From contig JANKJI020000002.1 in the NCBI GenBank assembly GCA_024626585.2, forward strand, positions 18,257,182-18,280,906: a DNA stretch of 23,725 bases, given 5' to 3'. Origin of the DNA: Ginkgo biloba (lineage: Eukaryota; Plantae; Ginkgophyta). Positions 12,449 to 22,051 of the stretch are shown piece after piece (within the stretch, counting starts at the first letter, position 1; each line of letters opens with the position of its first letter). The position numbers and the translations under genes were made by a program. Under the pieces are notes generated by a model. The model had not been told where the DNA came from. It saw nothing but the letters and a program-made list of their open reading frames with translations, and did no database searches.

Positions 12449-12734
12449 CCACGAACATTGTAGACGAATCGAACGCCAATCCTTCATCTGCATCAACGGC
12501 GTATGCTCCCTGTGTCTTCGCCGTCACAGAAAATGCGCTCTCTCCCACGCCCATTGACTTGGAAGCCATGTCCAAACACGCTCCCATGTCGGATGTCAGT
12601 TGAAAAATCCAAAGCATACGAGAATTGTTCCACCACTCTCTCACCCCCATGCCGACGCCCGCGTGCACAACACAGTCCAAACCCTCTGTTGACACGAACA
12701 CCATTACCATACCAATTGCTGTCGCATCTCTCAC
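12449..12734 (-). CDS. CSL: CSL last exon, 5' part (cut by a gap)
   Basis: Acceptor GAGCAG|GTG. Encodes [15 protein letters not shown]...[12 protein letters not shown]...FSVTAK...FDSSTMFV, including the FxVTxK gating-loop motif. It runs into the gap at 12448. Confidence 0.88.
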
Positions 12735-15536
12735 CTGCTCCATCATGTCTTTGCCAGCATTAATTAAGAACANNNNNNNNNNTAATTAAACAGCACTGCT
12801 ATTTCATTTTCACTAAATTAATTAATCACATGCAAGGGAAAAGAAATTGCCTGAGGAAATATATTTTTGCCCGTCACCAATGCCATGGAGGGCAGAATCC
12901 CATAGAGAAGGGCTGGTAGAGATAGAAGGCCGTAACCGCATAAGGCCAAATAAGACAATCTTTGTCGGAATTTCATGAGGCCTTTGGCGTGGTGTAACAA
13001 CGGCCCACTTTTGCTTACAAAGATTTCTAACATGCCCGTCGTCCACCGNNNNNNNNNNNNNNNAACATATCCGGCGAAGATGTTACCGACGACCCTACAA
13101 AAGCGGGTTTAGAAGGGCTGTAGTACACCGATCTCCATCCCCTGCAATGCAGCTTCAACCCTGTCATCACATCTTCCGTCGAAGAACCGTATATCCATCC
13201 CACCTGCAAATAATTGAAATTACTAAGAGTCCAGAATGAAAATATAACATGTCAGCATTTACACCCAAATGCAGTCCAAGGTTTCAAATTGTAAATTGAT
13301 TAGTTTCGGCAGAATACCTCTTTACCCCACTCAGTGTGTAGTTCATAGTCACAACGAATGAGGTCAAGAGCATGTTCGGATGCGTCTCTTCCTATTTCTG
13401 AACAGTTGCAATGACGGAGCGACGTATTAAATGCCGAGGAGAAACCAAATTTGTTTCGGATTTCATGATCGAAGGATTTCACAGACTGCTGTGCATCTCC
13501 ACACCAACCATAAAGAGCTTCTCTTCTCATCACGCACCCAGTTCCATTACAGAAGGGTCCTTGAATTCCATCCAAGCCTTTGTAAAACACCTACACGGAC
13601 ATGAAGCATTATTTCAGTTATTTGCGAAACAAGTGGGTGTTCAGAAACAAAGTAGTAAGATATAATTCCTACATCGTNNNNNNNNNNNNNNNNNNNNNNN
13701 NNNNNNNNNNNNNNNNNNNNNNNNNNNNNNNNNNNNNNNNNNNNNNNNNNNNNNNNNNNNNNNNNNNNNNNNNNNNNTTTGAGATGTTTGCTTAGTTCTC
13801 CATTCTACCACCCTATTCACTGAACCACATTCCCTGGCGAAAGCATATGCTGAGCACCAAGTATGTGCCACCAATGGATTACATACGGTGTCCACAAAAA
13901 GGTGAGAAGACAATAGGTTTAGTCCAACAAGAAAGATATTAATAGGTCTAGTCCATGCTCACCTATGAACTTCTATCAAGAGCTTCTAGTGCTATTAAAG
14001 CATCTCCCAACAAGAGAAAATCAACAAGTTTTTTTTTATAAGCCTTCTTCAAATGGATGTAATGATACCTATATTTGCAATTGGAGATGAAATGTGATGG
14101 AGATTCAAAAATTGAATTCCATAATAAAAACAACTAAATGGGGTTGAGCCTGTGTCTTCTTCAAGTAGAGATGAAATGCGAAAGAGATTCAAATGTGATA
14201 ACTCAATGAAAGAGTTGGTCAACGAATGGAGGGAGGGAATTTAAACTCATAGGCCATCGAGGATAAAATGGAGGGAGGGAGGTGATTAATCTACCATATA
14301 CCACACACATGGCCTCCCATTACTTCCAGATTTATTGTAGCATGGTGAAGATCTAAAAATTGAATATACAATGAAGGCATAAAGAGAACTCGTAAAATTT
14401 TGAAACATGCAACCTAAAAATATTGTGCCTCTCATTGTAAATAATCAAGGTTGAATAGCCTTCGAATGTTGGATATCCATCAATATAAACACTATTATAG
14501 GTCCAAATCACCTTCTCACAAAATTGATCTTTCTCTTTGACATAGGAATCACATCCATGACAAGGTTTAGGACAAAGGGATTATTTGTCATCATGCCTAA
14601 AAATCAGAGTTATGATTACCAAAGCAACCCATTCAAGCCAAAAGTTACACAAATATTAGCTCTAAAGTTTAACCTATATATACGCCCATCCTATGTAAGA
14701 AATTATTTCAATATAAAATTAATATAAATAGATGTCTTAGAGACTGTAAAAACATATATTTGAGGAGCTCACCAACGCGTTAAGGGCTCCAGCCTTAAAG
14801 TGGTGTTTGTAACCAGGTCTCTTCTCACGAGACACGTAGATTAAAAGAGGCACTTGCCTTCCATCATCACTGCTCTCTCCCAAAACCTGTAAAACACATT
14901 TGTGTAAGTTCAAATTGATTTCATTATCTTCGTCTTTAAAAATAAATACATGAGAATGAATGATGTGAAAACCTTGATCACTCCAGGATGATTCGTGACA
15001 CTAATTATTTCAGACTCAGAGAACCCACTGAAAAGACTTTCAATTTGAGATGGCACTTTTCCAGATTTAAAAGCCGTTTGTATATTCAGCACCAGCTCCA
15101 TGTATGCTTTCTGCAGAATCCGACAATGAGAACCAGAGTCGTACATATTTGAAATTTTTTGGGTCGTATCAGACATGAAATCATTATTTAATCTTGATAT
15201 ACCTTGATCTCTTCGTATTCCTCGAGAAAATGAGAGTCACTTCTGGAGTTTGGCAACGGACGAGCGAAGAAGAGAGCAGGTGCACGGAGTGGGATGGAAA
15301 AATTGGTACAGAAGGGCACCCATTTCTTTGCAAATTCATTTGCCAAAAGCAGGGCAAAGAAGGTGAAAGGAGAAGCACCATCGTCTGATACATAACACGC
15401 CAATTTATGAGAAGGGTAGTCCACTGCAAGGATTGACAAAATTGTATTCACCACCATTACCGGCGGCTCCTTCCATTGATCGGCGGTCGTCACAAATACA
15501 TCAATCGAAGGCAGCTCTTCCCCCTCCTCTTTGTAC
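12449..15536 (-). CDS. CSL: Cellulose synthase-like protein (GT2; CslB/CslH-like), partial multi-exon gene
   Basis: Six readable exons plus the tip of a seventh splice in frame. Motifs: [78 protein letters not shown]. The visible exons contain no stop codons. Exon 1 and the 3' end are not seen. Confidence 0.93.
12851..13203 (-). CDS. CSL: CSL exon (probable exon 7), with the TED and (QxxR)W motifs and TM helices
   Basis: Acceptor TTGCAG|GTG. Encodes [27 protein letters not shown]...PDM[15 N][13 protein letters not shown]...RQRLSY...IFPQ. The probable donor is CAG|GCAATT. Confidence 0.9.
13318..13590 (-). CDS. CSL: CSL exon (probable exon 6)
   Basis: Acceptor GTGTAG|GTG. 273 bp encoding [28 protein letters not shown]...[12 protein letters not shown]. 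Donor GAG|GTATTC. Confidence 0.93.
13673..13777 (-). CDS. CSL: CSL exon (probable exon 5, the DxD exon), almost entirely inside the gap
   Basis: Only ...AC GAT|GTAGGA (xD then a donor) is visible at 13677-13673, followed by an 82-bp intron. The position matches the conserved phase-0 F/YD| boundary of CesA/Csl genes. The rest is inferred. Confidence 0.55.
14228..14320 (-). mobile_element. Possible decayed tRNA-derived SINE head within a CSL intron
   Basis: The minus strand has an A-box-like TGGTATATGGTAG (14303-14291) and a B-box-like GAGTTTAAATTCCC (14248-14235), about 42 nt apart. No tail or TSD was identified. Confidence 0.25.
14773..14886 (-). CDS. CSL: CSL exon (probable exon 4), carrying the REKRP/KAG motifs; absent from the ORF track
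   Basis: Acceptor TTTTACAG|GTT. 114 bp encoding [38 protein letters not shown]. Donor TTG|GTGAGC. Confidence 0.93.
14973..15110 (-). CDS. CSL: CSL exon (probable exon 3)
   Basis: Acceptor CTGCAG|AAA. 138 bp encoding KAYMELV...TNHPGVIK. Donor AAG|GTTTTC. Flanking introns are 92 and 86 bp. Confidence 0.88.
15203..15536 (-). CDS. CSL: CSL exon (probable exon 2), carrying the DDG motif
   Basis: Acceptor CTACAG|G TAC AAA (phase 2, within the conserved RY). Encodes [25 protein letters not shown]...[13 protein letters not shown]...EEYEEIK. Donor AAG|GTATAT. Confidence 0.93.
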
Positions 15537-16002
15537 CTGTAGCGCATCATNNNNNNNNNNNNNNNNNNNNNNNNNNNNNNNNNNNNNNNNNNNNNNNNNN
15601 NNNNNNNNNNNNNNNNNNNNNNNNNNNNNNNNNNNNNNNNNNNNNNNNNNATGTATTTATTTCTTTGTATGACAAGGGAAATTCATCAAAACCTAGAATC
15701 TCTTGGCTCCTTGAGTTATTGTTATTTGGGATGGATTCTTTAAACAAAGATACTTAGAATTTTTAATAATGTTAATATTGCCTTCTTTTAGAACTATAAT
15801 GCACTCTAGCTTGCTTTTGTTTATTCATGGGTATCTAGTGTTAAAATGGTAAAAATATTCACTAAAATAATGTTAAAGGATCTAGGTTTATTTAATACAA
15901 GGATATTAACACTAATGAGGATATGGGGATGACCCTTGCTCTATTGATACTTTAATTTAGTGATGATGTCTAGTCATATGAATAGAGGATAATGTTGATG
16001 TG

Positions 16003-16060
16003 ATATGTGTGTGTAGGTGTTATACGTGTGTGCACGCGTGTGTATGTGTGTGTACATATA
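16003..16060. repeat. Imperfect (TG)n / alternating purine-pyrimidine microsatellite
   Basis: atatgtgtgtgtaggtgt followed by tatacgtgtgtgcacgcgtgtgtatgtgtgtgtacatata. Confidence 0.8.
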
Positions 16061-17279
16061 GGTTTCCATCCATACATGTGAACTAAGGCCTTAACACCTA
16101 GGCAATATACACTCAATCTACTTTCATATAATTATTAAATCTATACTTAACTTATGTTAGGAAAATATTAACAAAAAATAATTATAATAATATTTTCTCC
16201 CCAATAAAGAAACTTTATATTCTACCATGTTGTAATTTATTTTATTATCTATCATGTAACACATTTCACAAGAGAAAGATATTATGGTTTATAATTTTTT
16301 AATTACTTAAGTTGTATAACTTATAATGTCTTTTTTCCCTAACATTATTTCTATCTAACTTTAGAATATTAGAGAGCGTAAAGAACTAATTTAATCTATA
16401 TAAAGAAAGAAAACAATGTTGATGAAGATAACTTTAATCTTACTATGCTCTTCTAAAGGGAATCCCCATTAGAAACATATTACATGCATTAATAAGGACT
16501 TACCACATTTATTTTTCATTTCCTCAACTAATAGGTAGAAGATTTCTTTAGTAATGGTAGAATTTATATTAGTTATTATACACTAGTTTACATTTGAAGT
16601 TTTTTATATTGTCCCGTATGCATTAAAGGCATAAAGTCTATAATCTTTATAAGCTCTTTAATTTTTAAAGTTAAACTCTCGAAGTTGGCCCATTATAAAC
16701 CTTCAAGGCATTAGACATAATATTAACTATTAATTTTAAAAGTAAAAAAACAAGTTTTTTCTAAAAGCACATCATTGCAATATTATATATCATAATTCAA
16801 TGAATTGGTAGTGCCATTATGAATAATTCTATTTTTTTATAGTTATCAATTTTAATGTTCTTAATAAATAATATTTTTGTTGACATAGCTACTAACATAT
16901 TCAAGTAAAACATTTAAATNNNNNNNNNNNNNNNNNNNNNNNNNNNNNNNNNNNNNNNATCAACAATAAAGGGGATTTTACCCATTAGTTCTTATCATCA
17001 AGATTTGGAGTCAAAGGTAAGCTTTGCACAAACAACATGTATGGTTGAAAATCATCACATATGATACTCTATTATAAGGTTGATATTTTTAAATTTGATT
17101 CTATCCATGCACTAAGTGTGTGATAAGTATATTTTAACTATATTTGTACCTTAATGAGTGTCAAAAGATAGCCTATGTGTAAACTTCTAATGATGTTTTT
17201 TTTTTTTTATATTAGTGTAGATCACATGGGCCTAAGTTGTTATCACATACACACACAAAATATCTCCTTGAATTTTAAT

Positions 17280-18840
17280 ATTATAATGAGATTTGGTCAT
17301 CCCCAAGTGAATTATCATATTAATTTGTCAAAGATATGCATGTTGTGAATTCTAATTATCATCTTTAAGTTGTGAAGAAACTAGGTTTCAATGAAGAGCA
17401 ATTTTTTGTATTTAAAAACCTATTGATTTGATGTAATAGATCAAGAGGCATATGTAGTAAATTTTTATCATGTAAGAAGTGTCACTTAAAATGGTAGTAC
17501 TTTCAAAAGCTTACAAAAACTCAATCAATGTGGGAAGTTGTTATCTTATTAGTAAAAAGGGAATAATTACACTTTATAAATCCCCTTTCCTCTAGTATTG
17601 TAAAAATAGTACCATAATTTATTTATCTATTCATTTAGAATTATGAATCTTATAATGATGAAACCATGTAGAAAGAAGTGATAAACACATAGGTGGGTGT
17701 TTTGATAGATAGTTAAATCACATAGTAGATGTTAATAGGTCATATTTTAAGTGTGATAGAATTTATGCAAATATAACTTTTGCATAATTTTGTAGTCAAA
17801 ATTATATGAGGAAAACATGTTAGGATTGCCTTCCCAAGAAATTATGGAGCTTGCTATCNNNNNNNNNNNNNNNNNNNNNNNNNNNNNNNNNNNNNNNNNN
17901 NNNNNNNNNNNNNNNNNNNNNNNNNNNNNNNNNNNNNNNNNNNNNNNNNNNNNNNNNNCACAAGGTGTATTATTTGAACTCTCATTTCCTAAGTTATTTA
18001 TGAAAATGGATCAGATCCAATTATCAATATAGAAATATAATTGATTTGGTTCCATGAGTTCAATAACCCCATTTAACTCTGACCTTTAAAACACCTTTTG
18101 ATCTTCAAACTATGATAAATTATTATGGACTCCATATTCAACCTTCACACATTTGATTTATTAACTTAGATATGGGAGATACCTTTAGTTTTTCATGGAT
18201 TTATTAGTGATTATAAAAACCATGTGCTCAACATTCCTGAGACTTCAAATCCTGACCTTTCTTCCAACATACTGATGTTAATATATCTTCGTAGAAAATG
18301 TTCTATATTTAAATTTGAGGACCCTAGAACTATGTCCTTAAGAAACTAAAAATAGAAGGTAGTTAGTTACTAATTCCATATGACATATTAACCATTTCAA
18401 CCTGCAATAAATTAAAAAGGTGATTAAGGGGTTGTCGATCATATTATAGGATACAAAGTTAATGATAAAATCCAAACTAAATAATTTTTAATTCATCGAT
18501 TGTGAGATTTGTTTTTTCTTTATTGCAATGGTACATCTCTCTCCTTATTCTTAGATGATATGCTTTGAGTGTGATCAAACCTGGTAGTAATAGTTCATAT
18601 AAACATGGCCCCATTTATGGGTTAGTAAGATACAATTCTAGTAGTATAGGTGTTAATCACACTAGGGACATATGACACCAACTACAAGGATGATTTTTCT
18701 TTCTTTCAATGTCCAAGGAGAAAAATATACAATTAAAGGAATAATATTTACTATAATAAAGGTAGTATATCCATAATAAATGAACAAAATTCTATGAAAG
18801 GGCCATCTTAGATTTATGGCTAGATTATATTCTCTGGAGG
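17280..18840 (+). mobile_element. Very degraded Ty1/copia pol remnant(s)
   Basis: Scattered vestigial motifs appear in Copia order: RFGHP (about 17290), LPKKLW (about 17830), QGVLFELSFPK (17959), VFHGFISDYK (about 18190), and a frameshifted GVNH...TYDT.. stretch (about 18650) resembling GIDY.ETFAP. No continuous frame survives. Confidence 0.35.
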
Positions 18841-19310
18841 TCCAATAACCAGAACTAGAAAAAGATGATGATAGTCTTACTAAATCACAAGAAGATCAAG
18901 ATAGTAATAGAAAGATGCCCTATAGTAATTCAATACCTACCTAAGAATATCCCTCTAGATAAAGGAATAGAATGCATAATATAGGTCAAGCATAAAAAGG
19001 GACTAACCATTGTTAAACTATACACATACCAATTTAAAAAAAAGAAAAATAAAAAGAATAATATAATATCTACTATATTTGGGAGTATTTTTTTGCAAAA
19101 AAAGTCCATATACATCCCAATAGTCTTGGGAAGGAATAAGTATAAATCCTTCTGAATATGTATAGATTATAGAGTACTAAACATTATAATAATAAAAAAT
19201 AAATTCCCCANNNNNNNNNNNNNNNNNNNNNNNNNNNNNNNNNNNNNNNNNNNNNNNNNNNNNNNNNNNNNNNNNNNNNNNNNNNNNNNNNNNNNNNNNN
19301 NNNNNNNNNN

Positions 19311-20345
19311 CTTTATCCTCAAATTTAAATGGATTATTAGGAGAATGGGAGTCTTATTCTATAAAAAAAATTCCTTTCCAATCAAACTTAGAACTACTAG
19401 GCTCCTCTTGGTCTCTTTTTAGATTTTTTGGAACTAAGCTCATTCCCCTTTCATACTTTAGATGTCTCAACTCTTATAACATCTATAAGATACTCTCCAC
19501 ATTACACTATAACTTTATGAATCTCATTTAAATAGAATCTTCCTATTATTTTCTCTACCATTTTAATAACTCTTGGGGCTCTACCACTTATTAAACCTAG
19601 TAGTAATGTCTCTACACTCCACTAATGGGGTTCACCATGCAATATAGGCTCACAAACAAAATCTTGGCATAATCTTTCCTACCATAGAAATTCATATCCC
19701 TCCATATTTAATTAGGATAAATATCTTTTCTTTACATCAAAAAACTTGTAACTGTTAAAATAAACTTCAACTTGTCTTAGCCAAATTTTCATCTTTCCTA
19801 GGTCCATGTTACCATCATAAGTCTTTATATATACTTTATCCTCAACTTTAAATGGATTCTTAGGAGAATGGGTGTCTTTTATGTAATATCCATTTTCTTC
19901 TTTTGAATGATTTAGCTCCATTAGCAATTATATAATAGTCTCCACACTAGACTCTAATTGCTAGAATCTCTCCTTAACAACATATGCCTCTGTTCTTTTT
20001 ACCATTTTTTGGACTCTCAAGGCTCTATCACTTGTCAATACTGGAAACAATGGTTCTCCACTTGATTAATAACCAACTATAGTATGAAAACTTATGAACA
20101 AGAAGATATGATACCAACTTAAACTGTATCTCAGTGGGTGAGTCAAAATCTCTAGATATTATTAACTATAGATCCTTTAATTAATTTTATCTCAATATGT
20201 CTAAAACTTACATGCAATCCTATCAACTTGAATCTAAAAATTCAAGAATAAAAGTAAATTGGACACACACAAATTCTTACACAAGACAAAAGTTTTTAAC
20301 TGGAGAAACCCTCTTGGGGAATAAAACTCCAGAACAATATTAAGC
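19311..20345 (-). mobile_element. Ty3/gypsy (chromovirus-like) 5' end: partial LTR, tRNA-iMet PBS and gag N-terminus
   Basis: Gag reads PKNPFKVEDKVYIKTYDGNMDLGKMKIWLRQVEVYF (19927-19712). The minus strand has TGGTATCA at 20116-20109 (tRNA-iMet PBS core), followed by LTR-like sequence up to the gap. Confidence 0.7.
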
Positions 20346-20489
20346 NNNNNNNNNNNNNNNNNNNNNNNNNNNNNNNNNNNNNNNNNNNNNNNNNNNNNNN
20401 NNNNNNNNNNNNNNNNNNNNNNNNNNNNNNNNNNNNNNNNNNNNNTTTCCTCATTGAAAGGGAAAATTCCATATAATTGTTAATGCTTC

Positions 20490-21951
20490 TTAAACTACAA
20501 TTAGATTAATATTAGTGCATACTAGAGCTATAAAGATTGATCACCTAATATACTTTGTAAATAAGAATCTAATCAAAGAAAAAATAAATTATTCCACAAA
20601 AAAAAGAGAGGATTTGGGTATGATATACTTAGTTCAAAATTCTAGACACTATCTACTTAGGAATAAGTTTGAGTTATATGTATATTATCAAACACTGAAG
20701 TATATTACTAAGAAATCCATACAATAAGGAAAATTTAGTAGATATATTATACTCTTACAAGAGTATGATTTTAGGATACTTTTAAAGCCTAAAAAGTCTC
20801 ATGTGGGACTTGATCACTTATCAAAAGTTAAGAATAGAGAAGAAAAATTAATAATGAATTTCCTGATACATCCTATTTAGAATTAACACTATAACAAATT
20901 AATTCAAAGACATTGTTGATTTTCTTATAAATGGTATAGCACCAAGAGAATGGTCAATTTCATAAATGAAAGGATTATCTATAAAGGCATTTGGATACAT
21001 ATTAATTATAGGATAATTATATAAGTTAAGAAAATATGAAGCCAATAGAAGATGTGCCATGACTCAGGATATGCATGATTTTATAAGATAATCATGTGAA
21101 GGTATTATAGGAGGCAATAAACCAAGTGAGATAATAGTAAGTAAAGTTATTTTATTAGGTTTATGACAGCCTATAATATTCAAAGATTCATATACTTAGA
21201 CTAAAATCAATGATATATGTAAAATGGTAGGGGGACGTATTGTAAATGATTTCATGCCTTTGAATCCTATTAAGGCATAATTCTATTTTAAAAAGTGGAG
21301 AATTAATTTTGTGGATCTTATTAAACCACCAACAAAGAAGACATAACAAAGATATTTAATTGTAGCTACTAATTATATAACCATATGGGTTGAAGCTAGA
21401 TCTCTAAAAGATAATGGTTCTAGAATAGCTGCAAAGTTTCTCTATAAATGTGTTGTAGTAAGATTTGGATATCTTATAGAGTTGGTGAGTGATAGAGGAA
21501 CATATTTATTAAACAAAGTGGTAGAAAAATTGATAAATACATTTATGATTCAACAAAAAAAGAGTATACCATACTACCTAAGTTGTAATGGATTGTCAAA
21601 ATCATTGAATAAGATCATATGTAAGGTGATCAAAAATATGTGACACTGGTTGAAAGGATTGAATTAAAAAATTGCATGCGGTAATATGGGCATTTGAAAT
21701 AACTTATAACCATTGGATAGGTTAGACACCTTTCCACTTGGTTTAAGCGCAGGAAGATATTCCACTAATGGAATTTCATGTGCTAAACCTTAAAATTATA
21801 GTTATAGGAAAGTAGGATGAGACAAATTCTTTACAAGAAAGGTTAATATAGTTAAATAGGTTAGAAGAAAAGAGAGCAATGGATCTCTAGTGTTAGTGGG
21901 TGGTGTAGGATATAATGAAGAAGATCCATGATAGAATAATCAAAGGTATGA
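20490..21951 (+). mobile_element. Ty3/gypsy (non-chromovirus, Tat/Athila-like) RNase H-integrase remnant
   Basis: RH: HLIYFVNKNL...NYSTKKREDLGMIY...RHYLL...LLQEYDF...DHLSK. Integrase core: FKKWRINFVDLIKPP...RYLIVATNYITIWVEARSL...FLYKCVVVRFGYLIELVSDRGT...PYYLSCNG. Many stops. Confidence 0.9.
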
Positions 21952-22051
21952 NNNNNNNNNNNNNNNNNNNNNNNNNNNNNNNNNNNNNNNNNNNNNNNNN
22001 NNNNNNNNNNNNNNNNNNNNNNNNNNNNNNNNNNNNNNNNNNNNNNNNNNN

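Noticed and set aside
15537-15550. ATG ATG (MMRYR) as the CSL start codon
   Set aside because: It lies just upstream of a CAG acceptor at the conserved RY intron position, so it is most likely intronic. The N-terminal TM exon would otherwise be missing.
12503-15757. Plus-strand ORFs overlapping the CSL gene (12503, 13411, 13601, 14524, 15194, 15433, 15476)
   Set aside because: These are antisense shadows of GC-rich exons or read through N-runs, and have no recognisable motifs.
18900-19210. Possible minus-strand gypsy integrase vestige (MDFF...LP...MVSPFLC)
   Set aside because: Too degraded to support by eye. It would need a profile search.
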